64,000 bases of DNA from Bispira polyomma (Eukaryota), in the NCBI GenBank assembly GCA_965649765.1, contig OZ287757.1:7936001-8000000 (forward strand), written 5' to 3'. The first letter of the stretch is position 1; every line of letters starts with the position of its first letter. Positions 23,001 to 33,555 of the stretch are shown piece after piece. Under the pieces are notes generated by a model, which worked only from the letters and a program-made list of their open reading frames with translations, made no database searches and was not told the origin of the DNA. The translations under genes were made by a program, and so were the position numbers.

Positions 23001-25405
23001 TAGTTTTTTTACTACATATTTTGTAATACATATGAAAAGGAGAATGTAAAATAAAAAAAAAACATAAAAATATAAAAAAAAAGATTAGTGATACTTACGA
23101 CGCTTTTATCATAAAATGATCTATATGGAGGAATATTTTTGAAAGTATTTAAACTATTGCTAGTGTTCGTACTTTACGGTGAAGCAGAAATCTTATTTTA
23201 CTAGGACTTATAGAATATAGATTAATATAGATTTCTTCAACTGTCATAATAACAAATTATCATTAATGTTTTGCATAATAAGTATATGTATACGCTGTGT
23301 AATTATTGGCAATTATATAATTTGTACCCTAATCATTAAGCACAAACTTTTTGCACAATAAAAAAAAATTAAACCAAGATTTAAAAACTGTTCTCCCATG
23401 CCCATATATTTTTCGCACCCTTATGCTGTGATCACACTGAGTACGGAGAAAATGAAGTAAAAAAATGTGGGAAAATCAGGGAATGTAGCAAAAACAAATG
23501 TATAGGCCATTTTGTACACATTCAGTACGTATCTGTACACGTTTGTACACACATTTAATATGTTTTAATAGCCATTTCAATTATGTTTAACTCATTAGCC
23601 ACGTTTTAATGATATGTTAGGCATGTTAGCCACGTTTTTAAAAATATGTTAGCCCACTTCTAAACCCATTTCAGTCCCATTCTCGTTTTTAACGTTTGTA
23701 CACCCGTTTTGTTCTCGTTCTCCTCGTCCTTAATATTATTTGTAGGTATAGTTTGTTTTACTCCCATCCTTTAATTCAAATACGCATTGAATATGTGTCA
23801 TATGTTTGCCGTGAACGCACCACCCGTTTCCGGAAAATTTTCAGCAAACGGCTAAAAACGTAAAAAATTTCGGGGAGTCCGAAAATTAAGACGTTTTTTG
23901 AAAAACGGGATATTAAGGGGCTATCTTATTCCCACATGCTTACATTTTCTTACGCTATTACATTTTGCTTACATTTACATACGTTTTACCTTACCCTTGC
24001 CATTTTTCGTGCATAGGCCAAGCGTAAGCTTAGTGTGACCACGGCATTACTGATTGCTGACACCAAGGTAGAACTGTATACCAAACTTTGTCATGACTTT
24101 GGACTCTTCTGACTACTATTTCTTCTTAGCTATCTCACTTTACACCTATATCTTTTCCAGTTGGAATCTTCAGTTCATCCAGTCCGAATTTAAGGGTTTA
24201 CTTCCCAAGCCGTACGAGAACGTGGAGTTTGCCACCAGAGTGCACCCTAGTCACATGAATGATGTCAACAGAGAGGAACCTAGTCGTTATGTGAGTAAAA
24301 AGGCACAACTATTTCTCACTGGAAAGACTTGAATCTGGGTTATACGATAAATATCTACTGGTTAAAACTGGTTTTGTCATTAGAAAGACTTAAATGTGGG
24401 TTTGACTGTAAACATATACTGGTTACAACTGGTTACAACTGAAAAGACTAGAATGTGGGGTTGACTGTAAACATGTACTGGTTACAACTGGAAAGACTAG
24501 AATGTGGGTTTGACTGTAAACATGTACTGGTTACAACTGGAAAGACTTGCATCTGGGTTATACTATAAATATCTACTGGTTAAAACTGGTTTTGTCATTG
24601 GAAACACTTAAATGTGGTTTGACAGTAAACATGTACCGGGACAACTGGTTACAACTGGAAAGATTAGAATGTGGGTTTTACTGTAAATATGTACTGGTTT
24701 TAACTGGTTAGAACTGGTTTTCCCAGTAGAAAGATTTCAATGTTGATTAATTTGTGACAACATTTTTTTTTTTTTTTTTTGCTTGGCAGATTTCCATCAG
24801 TAAATGTCACTACTTGGTTGACCTTGACCTTCCTGTAGAGAGTGACCTTGAACCGCGTTATTCTGAGGACACACAACACTGGAGTGTGGTGGCCTCTTAT
24901 CAGTTCCTGGACACAGCAAGGTAACTATAATTTCTTCTTTCTGACAATTCTTCTTTTTCAGCGTGGATCAAGGATTTTTTTTTTATCTCTTGGCACTGTG
25001 GCAGAGATATGCCCTCTACTGTCAGTAATATTTATGGAAGATTTGCACGGGTTTGATTTTGTAAATGACCCACAACTTTTTGTTGCCTGACCCTGTTTTG
25101 CATTTTTTGCCCTATAATCCCTCATTCTGTTAATATGCAGAATATTCTTTTTTTTACACTAGAGAAAAATTAAGAGGTTTTTAATTATTTTTCTTGCTTA
25201 AAGTTGTTTTGGTGCCGAGTTTCTTAAGGAAATGTTAAGGACATATGGTGACAACTTTACCCATAATCCTCAACTACTGTGTTTTTACAGGTCTCACCGT
25301 TTCTTCCGAGCGTTCTACATCCCACTGATCTCAGAGAAATACTGCAGCTATGCTAATTATAACATCCTCAAGACCACAAGGACTAAGAGGTCAAGGTTAC
25401 CGTGA
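3145..25405 (+). CDS. ALG9: Alpha-1,2-mannosyltransferase ALG9 (GT22 family), 14 coding exons in window; first exon not identified
   Basis: Exons join in consistent phase with GT-AG introns: 3145-3310, 3893-4027, 4649-4719, 5215-5439, 6920-7007, 8510-8615, 9142-9230, 11203-11239, 12088-12230, 14401-14533, 16019-16169, 24161-24290, 24790-24920, 25291-25405. Motifs ISDCDETFNYWEP, GFQTWEYSP.YAIRSYAY, FLPSSF, GWPF, PHKEERFLYPIYP, CVGKEWYRF, F.GLLPKP, MND.N.EEPSRY, CHYLVDLD, RAFYIP. Confidence 0.96.
3750..3860. repeat. Degenerate ~30-bp tandem repeat (core tttatgttaatga) x3
   Basis: Core recurs near 3770, 3801 and 3834. Confidence 0.7.
3893..4027 (+). CDS. ALG9: ALG9 exon
   Basis: ttccag| LHFLLHGKGFQTWEYSPDYAIRSYAYIWIH...PK |gtaagt; 135 nt. 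Confidence 0.95.
4649..4719 (+). CDS. ALG9: ALG9 exon
   Basis: ttgcag| ILQFFILKFFLAFACTLCELYFYK |gtaagt; 71 nt. Confidence 0.92.
4809..4993. mobile_element. Tc1/mariner-type MITE with CAGTAGAACCTC/GAGGTTCTACTG TIRs (related copies ~6700-6898, ~11270-11470, ~18587-18736, ~28560, ~49570-49800, ~63125)
   Basis: 12-bp TIRs, internal ggataatagagg subterminal repeats, TA on the right flank. Confidence 0.7.
5215..5439 (+). CDS. ALG9: ALG9 exon
   Basis: tttcag| ...GMFISSSSFLPSSFTMY...ILGWPFVGVLG |gtaagt; 225 nt. Confidence 0.95.
6030..6270 (+). mobile_element. SINE-like dispersed repeat (further copies ~7520-7780, ~8740-8975; related ~3390-3480, ~26090-26235)
   Basis: Shared blocks ccacttaaaatggcggtcct...tatctccagtggcagat...ttggggac...ggctgcccatga...taagtgcgctataacaaatgt. 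Confidence 0.75.
6920..7007 (+). CDS. ALG9: ALG9 exon
   Basis: aatcag| VPIAYDLLVRRGYWWFFSQWSVIWGLVCL |gtaagt; 88 nt. Confidence 0.9.
8046..8072. repeat. (TA)n microsatellite
   Basis: Direct observation. Confidence 0.9.
8510..8615 (+). CDS. ALG9: ALG9 exon
   Basis: caccag| VPCVWIDSHYFGGIVIAPLNIVIYNIFTEHGPEIYG |gtaagt; 106 nt. Confidence 0.95.
9142..9230 (+). CDS. ALG9: ALG9 exon
   Basis: tttcag| TEPASYYFINGFLNFNIAFYLALISLPLT |gtgagt; 89 nt. Confidence 0.92.
9310..10035. repeat. Fold-back 21-bp tandem-repeat element with complex inverted duplication (A-B'-A'-B)
   Basis: cgacttactatctcgataaat units; 9710-9920 is the reverse complement of ~9373-9585, and ~9595-9712 is the reverse complement of ~9917-10035. 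Confidence 0.9.
11203..11239 (+). CDS. ALG9: ALG9 small exon (37 nt)
   Basis: ttttttgcag| VLFRFLLKKPLK G |gtgtgt; supplies the required phase-0 to phase-1 bridge. Confidence 0.7.
11480..11872. repeat. Palindromic (fold-back) minisatellite or MITE with CCTAGGCGGATTTAAAATCC units
   Basis: Many cctaggcgga/tccgcctagg units in both orientations. Confidence 0.75.
12088..12230 (+). CDS. ALG9: ALG9 exon
   Basis: tcacag| LPIWLPLSAMYIWMLIFFTRPHKEERFLYPIYPLICFAAGTTVDYLQ |gttcgt. Confidence 0.95.
14401..14533 (+). CDS. ALG9: ALG9 exon
   Basis: ttgcag| KFMAALL...LLSVSRGLALYQ G |gtgggt; 133 nt. Confidence 0.9.
14566..15047. mobile_element. Non-autonomous hAT element (MITE) with 8-bp TSD
   Basis: TIRs TAGGGCTGCGTCGGTA / TACTGTCGCACCCCTA; perfect TSD GTAAATGT at 14558-14565 and 15048-15055. 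Confidence 0.9.
15048..15285. repeat. ~45-bp minisatellite (aggtacatggtaaag...aaactgccacc), begun at ~14538 and split by the hAT MITE
   Basis: Repeated gtacatggtaaa core on both sides of the MITE. Confidence 0.75.
15335..15790. repeat. Two ~150-bp diverged direct repeats (~15335-15485 and ~15636-15787)
   Basis: tgtatgag.taaaagg.ccaagg...cagac...aaagtatt...ttctcactgat in both. Confidence 0.7.
16019..16169 (+). CDS. ALG9: ALG9 exon
   Basis: ttgcag| YHAPMDVY...VNICVGKEWYRFSSNFFLPGN |gtaagt; 151 nt. Confidence 0.95.
16673..17122 (+). pseudogene. L1/Tx1-type ORF1 C-terminal part (RRM + CTD)
   Basis: IDQVHRVGK...PRSVIVRFTS...LSEDFPAEWQESRRLLFAIMKKAR...NQLILDNRPF. Confidence 0.88.
17123..17416 (+). 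pseudogene. C-terminal half of a NADAR (YbiA/DUF1768-like) domain directly after LINE ORF1; one internal stop
   Basis: IRAKVLQNEYIKNLLTSTGDRRIAEANKFDKLFAIG...*QAWDVNNWKRGRNIMGLILEEIRQEL matches the NADAR pattern AKFxQ...LLxTGxxxLVEAxxxDxxWGIG...WxGxNxLGxxLxExRxxL. Confidence 0.8.
19022..22841 (+). pseudogene. L1/Tx1 ORF2: APE endonuclease, reverse transcriptase, C-terminal Cys/His domain; disrupted
   Basis: DIVCLQDTH, GDLN, YTW..ARLDYFL, TDHS (APE); KGLWKFNTSLL; GEKPSK; PGIDG, DFEKAFD, QFADD (RT); CRLCSNDEETIVHLFFYC; frameshifts near 20750 and 22340, stops near 21747 and 21866. Confidence 0.95.
23424..24046. mobile_element. PIF/Harbinger-type non-autonomous element
   Basis: TIRs TGCTGTGATCACACT / AGTGTGACCACGGCA flanked by TTA on both sides (23421-23423, 24047-24049). 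Confidence 0.75.
24161..24290 (+). CDS. ALG9: ALG9 exon
   Basis: ttccag| WNLQFIQSEFKGLLPKPY...MNDVNREEPSRY |gtgagt; 130 nt. Confidence 0.95.
24318..24740. repeat. ~50-60-bp minisatellite filling most of an ALG9 intron
   Basis: About 7 units of actggaaagact.gaatgtgggtttgactgtaaacatgtactggttaca. Confidence 0.85.
24790..24920 (+). CDS. ALG9: ALG9 exon
   Basis: tggcag| ISISKCHYLVDLDLPVESDLEPRYSED...FLDTAR |gtaact; 131 nt. Confidence 0.93.
25291..25405 (+). CDS. ALG9: ALG9 last coding exon
   Basis: ttacag| SHRFFRAFYIPLISEKYCSYANYNILKTTRTKRSRLP* (TGA 25403-25405). Confidence 0.93.
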
Positions 25406-25505
25406 TAGTGTGTCAAAGGTCAACACTTATCATAGGCCTTTTAAATGTGTTAGGAATTTATGCAATAGTTTATACAAGTGTTATATGTGTCAAAGATCCT
25501 CTTGT

Positions 25506-25721
25506 AGAGTAAGCAATCTAAAATTCGCCACTGTATCTGAAATTCGTCGACCCTAAATCAAGAAAAGCTGGGCGAAAAATAACTGAAATTTAGGTAAGTG
25601 AAAGGCAAAGTAGTCACAAAAATCTTGATTTCATCAAATATTACCCACAATTCTACCCAAAAACACAACATTTTCTAGGTGGCGAATTTCAAATGCAGTG
25701 GCAAAGTTTAGATTCCTTACT
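25506..25721. mobile_element. MITE family with AGTAAGGAATCTAAAATT..GCCACTG TIRs (other copies ~12354-12580, ~31096-31296; halves at ~32375-32455 and ~47306-47472)
   Basis: ~40-bp imperfect TIRs and shared internal sequence among copies. Confidence 0.75.
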
Positions 25722-25884
25722 TATGTGTCAAAGATTGCGTTGTATATGGTTTAGTATATATACTTGTTTGTGTGGAGATATATATTAATGTAGATTTTTT
25801 TTAATTCCAATGTTAGAAAAAGTCCAGTTTAGCTGATCTTGTCTGGTAAAAAACCACAACAAGAGTTGTCTTTTAAAAAAAGAC

Positions 25885-26075
25885 AAGTTTACAGTGTGAA
25901 ATACACAAACGTTGATATGGTCACTCTTAACTCAGGCCGGCTGTGTCTGATAACAATACATCTGAAAGCCCCCTCCGTTTGCTTCCAACCAAACCATGAA
26001 GGCCTTACATATTATTTCTAAGATTGCGGCGCACTTTTCAAAATAAAAAGGACATCAGGCTTTGCCTGATTAAAA
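25885..26075. repeat. Dispersed repeat (copies ~47695-47890 and, inverted, ~7020-7200)
   Basis: cagtgtgaaatacac...gttgatatgg...ccatgaaggccttacatatt.tttctaagat shared. Confidence 0.7.
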
Positions 26076-26749
26076 CCAAGAACCTTATCTGCCACTGTGT
26101 GGCCTCAGGAGTAATACACCCGCCTGTGCACACAGAGGACCTGGGTTTGATACCAATTCCGGGTCGACCATAGTGTCTCTGGTCCTATCCTATCCCCAGT
26201 GACAGGGCTAGAGAACCATGGAGACATTGCTATAAATGGTATTATTTCAAAGCCTTTTGTCTTTAGTTAAACGGACAAAATGGCAGTTCACTGGTACTGC
26301 TTGGCTTTACTTGAGCAGTCAAGAAAGGCTGAATTATCGCTTTGAATACCAGATACCTGTGGGCTCTTTGGGTACTGCAATACACTGGGAACATGTGTAC
26401 ACTGTGTATGTGTGCCACACAAAATGCCTGGTCATTGATTGTGGCGCTATAAAAGTTAAAAACATTTAGATGTGACAAGAATACTCTGTACATAGTGCTT
26501 TATAAGATCCGTGAGAAAAATCAATACTTCTAGGCATGTAGTCGTATTTGTCGGAGTTATTAGGCCTTGGCCTTTTAGCACACACACAGTAATGTGGTTG
26601 ACTTTTGTAGTGTTTACTGTGTCCAGTGCATTGTACTAACAAGGAGACTGGTTACCCCTGGGGATCAGGCAGACCAGGTAGAGGTTTAGATGTCACATCA
26701 CCTAAACTCATACAAGTGTCCTCCGTCATTGGGTCCTGATAATCCCTAG

Positions 26750-26992
26750 GGGCTGGTATTCTCGAACGTATACTCAGCTCAAAGTCATACTCAACTCAAT
26801 CTGGATTTTCTAAAACTTCTGATACAGTAAAGATATCTAAAATCTGACTTGATATTTGAATTCAGTGTTGAAAGCTCTATTTAAATGAATGGTCACAGGT
26901 ATAGGTTATTCACATATACAATTATTTCCACATGGTCTATATTTGAGTTGAGTATGAGTTTAAGCTGAGTATACTTTCGAGAATACTGGCCC
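26750..26992. mobile_element. MITE with ~50-bp TIRs (GGGC..GTATTCTCGAA...)
   Basis: gtattctcgaacgtatactcagctcaaagtcatactcaactcaa is mirrored at ~26943-26992. Confidence 0.8.
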
Positions 26993-26993
26993 A

Positions 26994-27200
26994 GGGGCTG
27001 TGGTGGTCTGTTATTAAAAATGTCAGCTTCACAATCACTGGCCTCTCACCAATGTGGGTTCAAATCTTGTTCACTCCTTCATGTTGAAAAGTTTTGTCAG
27101 GTACTTGCCGTAGGCCGGTGGTTTTTTCCACAATTAAATCTGATCCTCGTGATTGGACCTAAGCTGTTAAAAACCGATGTAAAACCCAGCTAAATTCAAA
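26994..27200 (+). mobile_element. tRNA-derived SINE, Meta-domain-like (copies ~60110-60325, ~60903-61050, ~62180-62390; inverted ~7230-7410, ~7840-8040)
   Basis: tRNA-like head ggggctgtggtgg...gggttcaaatc, then gtcaggtacttgccgtaggccggtggtttt and a taaaaaccgatgtaaaaccc tail. Confidence 0.7.
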
Positions 27201-28336
27201 TTTGTACAAATCCCTTTCTAATAATTCCTTGTGGTAGGCGCAAGAACGTTGGGGGAACTTTTGTATGTTGGGGAAACTTTCATATATACAAAATTATGTG
27301 TCAACCACTAATATGATTATCGGTATTATGTACTGAATGACCTTTGGCTCTGGACATTGTAAAGGTAGTGTAGTGTTTTAGGATTTGTGCCTCGCTTTGG
27401 GCAAAGTTAGCCCGGTTTATGAACGTGCTTGGTAAAAAATACAAGGGACCCTTGTCACATGAACACCATTAACATTGGCAGAGAGATATGCAAAATTTCT
27501 AAGTCATGGTGTAAATATTTAGGAAATTGCAAAGATGTTTATATATACACTGTAGGATTTGTGCAATAATTTCAGATTTTTTTGTCTAACACAGTGTATT
27601 TTAGTTCTGATGTAGTATATATAAGCTTTAGGTTTAATAAAATGTTTGGGCTTTTTTTCCATGGTAACCATTTTGTTAACAATTTTGATATAGCTGCATG
27701 AGAAACCATTTATGTATGAAAACAAATTTTTTTGTTAAGCTTCTGTGGCCATTTATTTCTTCATTTTAAATCTTATTTTTAACCCCTTGACGACCTTGTA
27801 CGTCGGCTAACAATCGACAGTATAAAATATTATTGAAAAGCCCCCTAAGCACACATGAATAAAATCTATTTAGTACACTAAATTTGACATAAAAAAAAAA
27901 TTTATTTTTTCGTTTGTGATGTACAGAATCAGTTGTTGCAAAAATGTCATTTGTGATGTCATCAAAGTGTGTCAAAGTATTTTCCCTCTGTAATAATGGA
28001 ATTACTGTAAATATTGTGCTGAAATAGTTGATATATGTCTTAAATTAGCATTAACATCTTTAAAACCACAATAAAATGTGTATTGTGTGTGACTTTCTGG
28101 TTTTGGCAGTATTCTATGTTTATAAAAAGTGCTTGCTCCACCCAAAATCTTATGTTGTTGGTACTTCAACCGACAATTTTTTTTTTTTTGCATATTGTAC
28201 CCTTTTTTTAATAGCCCCTTTTTTATTTTCATTGAGAAATTTGCAAAATTAATCAAATATTCTGTGGAGGCTTGGTAATCCCAAAAAAGATGGGAGAGCC
28301 AAGATTTCAATAAGTAAATACCAAGTTTATAACATT

Positions 28337-28519
28337 GATCACTTCGTAGATGGTCAAGTACACGCCAATTTGATGTATTGTGGGTAATCTCTGGGTTAAA
28401 CATGAAACGGTTTGAATGAATGTTTATGAAGAATAACTGAAAATTCAAAACTTTGTTTACCCTAAAGATTTCCCACAATACATCAAATTGGCAGGTGCGT
28501 GACTATCTACGAAGTGATC
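28337..28519. mobile_element. Hairpin-type MITE with ~65-bp inverted arms
   Basis: gatcacttcgtagat...gccaatttgatgtattgtggg is mirrored by cccacaatacatcaaattggc...atctacgaagtgatc. Confidence 0.8.
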
Positions 28520-29122
28520 CATGGAAAAAGGCATTTCAGTATAAAACTAAATGCTCAGATGCTCAGATAATCGAGGTTCAACTATTTCATAAAACAATAT
28601 TTTATTAGAGCAAAACAATTAGGCAAAATCAAAAAGATTATTATAAAGCCTTCTCACAGGAAGAACTATATATACAGAAGAAACACTTAGAGGTTCCACT
28701 ATAATCTGTATATTTCCGTCATTTCTGTTATTTGTGTGTATGTAAATGTACAGTCTACTAAATGTCATCATGTACAGTGATTAACAAATTAAAAATAAAT
28801 AAAAACTGAATCAAACTCACAAGCTGGTCTTCATTTCACACTCAGTAGAATAAAAATTAATGTTGTAGTGTGGACTGTTTTAACACTGGGATGTCTTTTT
28901 GAAATCGCACCCAGAGGCTGTTTCAACACCAATATCTTTAAAGCATCAGCTTAAAATACGTACATATGAGAATATATATTCAAACCCTCTGATTCTTCTG
29001 TCCACATGTGAACTGAATGACCTGTGTATCAATAAGAACGAGAACTAGTGTTTTAAAAAAATAATACTGGAAAAATCATATTCATAATATCATATAACCC
29101 TTGGACTTACAGGGGTCCTGGT

Positions 29123-29870
29123 CATAGAGACGACGGAAATGGTAAGAGAGGCTACGGTGGAGAAAAGCCTTGCTGAGTAGCTGGGTTTTGACTTTTGAGG
29201 CAGCGCGAATATTATTCTACAGCTTGGGAGCATCATATGAGAAACTATTGTTAAAATGCCTTTTTAACTGAAGAACTGATAGTAAACAAAAGGTAGGGAC
29301 AAGTAAGAAAGCCTTATCAGTCCTATACTATAAAACCACAGCTATGACAATTACCTGGCAAAAATTCCACATAAAAAAAGCAGTGGGAGACGAACTCACT
29401 TCTTCAAAATTAAGAGGCTAGTGATATTAAAGGTAGACACTGTCCTGTATCACATTGATCAATACCCTAAAATGTAGGGACACTATCAATTACCATTTCT
29501 CCAAAAACATGATCCGACTAGACAGTTCTCCCAGCATTTTATAAGTAAATTCTAATTGGCAAAGAGAGTGGCTACTAAGCTCATCCAATAACTATTCTCT
29601 AGTTGACTATACCTCTGTATAAACACCATCACAGCCGGAGGCAGAGTTGGCAACATGGGCAACATGAAATGTTGTGTAGTTGCAGGGGGTCGTTGTGTTG
29701 GTGTCACCTTAAATTCAATTGTTGTGGCAAGGAATTTCAAAATGTTCAAATATAGCGCCATAACAAATCTTTGAAGCAACAATCTCCTTATTGTTTAGAA
29801 AAAAACTTGAAACCTACATATTCGACAAGGCTTTTCCACCATAGCCCTAAATTCACCCGGCGTCTCCATG
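29123..29870. mobile_element. Non-autonomous DNA transposon, possibly P-superfamily (CATRG termini)
   Basis: catagagacgacgg...ggctacggtggagaaaagccttg vs caaggcttttccaccatagccc...cggcgtctccatg; flanks gtcctggt / gtgctgac (5 of 8 match). Confidence 0.55.
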
Positions 29871-32459
29871 GTGCTGACCAATGCTTGTCTAACGAAAATG
29901 CAAATTGAATAAGGATACTGTCTGCACCTTAGAATCCCTAAGAAGGAGAGATTAAGCACTATAAAAGTTCGAATAGATTAGATTATTGTTTCCTCTTCCT
30001 TGTTTTTAAAGTCGCCTCCCTTACGCTTTGATGGTGTGTCATTATCTTTATCATAAAACCAATTAAAAGTAGGTGATACTAAGCGACAAGCATGAAATAT
30101 TTGTTGTACCTTTGCCCTGTCCTTGTCTCACTGTGGTCTCATGGCTGTCCCATCTGCTTCTCAGGGGGTGTCGTCATACTGTCTCAACGATGGCATTTGA
30201 AGACTCCTTTCGTCAGTTTTTTTCTAGGCGACTAGAAGATAATATATTCTGTTCTTTACAACAGTTATTAATTAACTTATTCTTTAAACTAAATAATTTG
30301 TCTAAAATACACAATATATATTTGAACTGCCAGATGCCATTCTTTGTGTTAATATTTGTGTTAATATTGTAGTTATAGCATGAGCAGCGATTTTCTGTTA
30401 TTCTCTAAACCATTTATTATTACAAAAGTCCCAAACCTTGACCTGTTTGTGGTCAAGAGCTCAGACCCAATATGTTTGCCTATTAGCCATGATCTTTTCT
30501 GAATATCCCCCAGCATAAATAAACGTTACAGATTAAAATGAATACTTGATGCAGCAGCAAAATAGCCTCTAATTATAATGTACCTCATCAATGGCCGTGG
30601 TGGTAACACACTCGCCTCCAATGGCTGCACCTTTGCTCATTTGTTCCTTCTTGTGTGAGAGTTTTAAATGACGTTAAAAAACAAACAAACTAAATTGAAC
30701 CCGACCAAAAGCTGTTGAATTTGGACATCCCTGGACAGTCCCAGATCTGGACTATGGTCTGTGAGTACATGGACTCGCACCGTGGTGCTAATTAACAAAT
30801 CATGAACGGATATTCATAAACGGATATTCATGGGTCTACGCCCCTGGGATTTTGTGGATGTTCATGAATGTCTATGGTCAATGTTGATTTTATTCATCGG
30901 ACTTTCTATACATCACGTTCAAGTGTAAAGTATTTCGGAGGTAAAATTGATAGGGTTTTTTTCCTGTAGCTGCCAGTTATCTCTTGTAGTCAGTGTCTTA
31001 ATATCTAGGACAGGGTTTTTCGTTTTTCTCATTAAATATCTCAAGAGTATTAAGTGTATAATAAATACAGAGACAAAACGCCACCATGTCATAATAGAGT
31101 AAAGAATCGAAAATTTGCCAATGCATCTGTATAAAATTTGGCAAAAAATAACTGCAAGTTAGGTATGTGAGGAAAAACATTCACAAAAAATCTCATTTTC
31201 AGCAAATATTACCTACAATTCTACCAAAAAAGATAACATTTTCCAGGGTGGCGAATTTTTTAGAAATACAGTGGCATATTTAAGACTCCTTGCTCTATCA
31301 CTCTGTACCAGTGACTGTATTATTTTTGAAACTACTTTAGTTAATATTGTACTTATATTGTTATTATTGAAGTGTTTATTAAAGTGTTTATAGTGTTTTC
31401 TGTTCTCTTTATATGTCACTTTTCGGTTCAGTTTGTAACACACTTAAATTCAATGTGGTCAACACATGTTTACAAGAATTTTTTGTGTATTTGTATGTCC
31501 ACCCAGAAGACATAGAGACAAATCATATAAATCAATAAAAAATTAATTTTGTATTCTCTAAGAATGAAAAACTATGCATTAAAATACTAAAGTTTTGGTG
31601 TAAATTCGTCGGCAGACATAGTGGCAAATAAGATAAATTAATAAATGAAATAAATTTAATTCACCAAAAGAATGAAAAAAAAGTATGCATTCAAATGCTT
31701 ATGTTTGGGTGTAAATACCTAAGTATAACGGTTTAATGCAAATCAACTTCACTATGGCAGTAAGATTTTTTACCATTAAATTGTGTCATACATGTTTATG
31801 TTATAAGTTGCAAAGCTTTAACTTAGGTATACTGAATCCAGAAATGTAAGTGATATTGACACTAAGTGTTATATTGAAAGCTAACTATTCATAACTTTTT
31901 TTGAGAACACCAACTTGAAAGTATAATTACTTAGCTAAGTGAAAAAAAATTTTGTTCTAAATTTAAGTTTTAGTGTAAAGTAAACTTAAGCTTTGAGAAT
32001 ATACGGGTGCTGGAGCCATATTTATATCGTCATATATCTGAAAGATACTTGCATCTGCCTGCATGTTTAAATTTGTTGTTACAAGCTCTGTTAAATTGAT
32101 TGGTAACATGTCTAGGTTACTCTGACCATTAATAAAGGAAATCTACAACTCTATGGTATTATATTTTAATAATGTATTTTGCATCTTTTAAAGCACAACA
32201 GCAGAATCAATCAACCAATAAAGAAGTCCCAAAAAAACAAAGCCAGGTCATAAGGAATGAACAGGGTACAGGGAGGGAACTATGGGGTGGTTTCCGAAAT
32301 GTTCGAACTCAACTGGTACTCCTGTGTATATAAAATAAGATTGCTGTACAGATTTAGCCAGATAGAATAATATAATAAGGAATTTAAAATTCACCACTTT
32401 CTGATATTCGCCATCTGAAAAATGTAGTGTTTTTGGTAGAATTGTGGGTAATATTAAGG

Positions 32460-33176
32460 TGTAAATTCCTCTGAATTCTTAAAACAAGTTATATAAAATA
32501 TGAAACTTCACCTTTATGAAAATTTATCCAGATTGTTTTGACTACAGGCACCCATACTCTCTATATGTGTCCTTAACACAGTATCCAGACATAAAGGCAA
32601 TACATTGACATATTTCACTATGTCTGTTTTACATATACATATACCTAATTCAACCTTGATTGATCAAGGACATTCAAGGACATAACTCCCCTTTGCCATG
32701 GCCAATCAAGGATGTTGCTGGATTGGTCAGGGACATATGTATTATGGCAAGGATATATTTATCCTTTGCCATGGCCAATCAAGGATGGTACTGGGTCAAG
32801 GGTATACTGACCTTGCAATTTCTTATAAATCTCCTTACATTAACAGTCCAGAGAGAGTTTTTTTGGGTAGCCCAGGCAAGGTAGATTACGTCTTGCTTTA
32901 AAAGTGGCTTACTACGCATTTCTGTGAAATGGACTTTATTTATTGCTGTTGTAAAGTTCAGAGTTACTCCTGGATATTTGTTAAAGTAAGCAATGTTCAC
33001 CTTTTGTTTATATTTGAAATATTAAAGCATGATTTTAACACAATAAAATAATGGATGTCATATAATTGTTTTAATTGACAACTGCCTTTGGCTGGCCCTA
33101 TGTTCGACTAAGGTTACGATCCTGTGAGAACTTCTCATTAGATGGTCAATAGACAAGGGAATTCTCACCGTAATAA
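32460..33176 (+). promoter_or_regulatory. Putative 5' LTR with duplicated CCAAT module, TATA box and poly(A) signal
   Basis: 25-bp direct repeat cctttgccatggCCAATcaaggatg at 32690 and 32763; TATAAAT 32824; AATAAA 33042; ends just before the PBS; start uncertain. Confidence 0.6.
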
Positions 33177-33178
33177 TT

Positions 33179-33194
33179 TGGTGGAGATGCCGGG
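33179..33194 (+). promoter_or_regulatory. Primer-binding site complementary to the tRNA-Ala 3' end
   Basis: TGGTGGAGATGCCGGG is the reverse complement of ...CCCGGCAUCUCCACCA of eukaryotic tRNA-Ala. Confidence 0.85.
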
Positions 33195-33227
33195 TACTCT
33201 TTTAAGGCGGAAACAGTTAGGAGTTAG

Positions 33228-33479
33228 GTGTACCCTCCAACACAGTTTGCAGCCACTTCAACTAGTTATCCATATGACGAAAAAGATATAGAACAGGCGA
33301 TACTGTCGCAAGGTGACCATGCTTTAATACTTACGGATGATTTTAAAATCTCTACCACAAAGTGGTCTTATGAGTGCCTTCACTGTGGATTCGCTCATGT
33401 AAGAAGGAAGGAAATTTTGGCTCATCAGGGTACAGATCACCCGGGCTTGCCTCTGAGGATCAGTGTGATGATAGAATAG
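33228..33479 (+). CDS. Small leader ORF with a C2H2 zinc finger upstream of gag
   Basis: YECLHCGFAHVRRKEILAHQGTDH = Y-x-C-x2-C-x12-H-x4-H; start codon uncertain. Confidence 0.55.
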   Translation: MYPPTQFAATSTSYPYDEKDIEQAILSQGDHALILTDDFKISTTKWSYECLHCGFAHVRRKEILAHQGTDHPGLPLRISVMIE

Positions 33480-33555
33480 TATTTAAGGTAATCTCAAGCT
33501 GGAAAGACTGGATAAAAAGATCTTATTCAAGAAGTATTACCTATTGCGATCTAAG

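Larger units (their letters stand above)
16670..23080 (+). mobile_element. L1/Tx1-clade LINE, 5'-truncated, ~6.4 kb, in ALG9 intron, sense orientation
   Basis: TSD AAGATTAGTGATACTTACGA at 16650-16669 and 23081-23100; A-rich tail ~23048-23082; ORF1 remnant and APE-RT-CCHC ORF2. Confidence 0.95.

Noticed and set aside
29663-29775. THAP-like MKCCVVAG start inside the putative P-like element
   Set aside because: Lacks the remaining THAP residues and terminates early.
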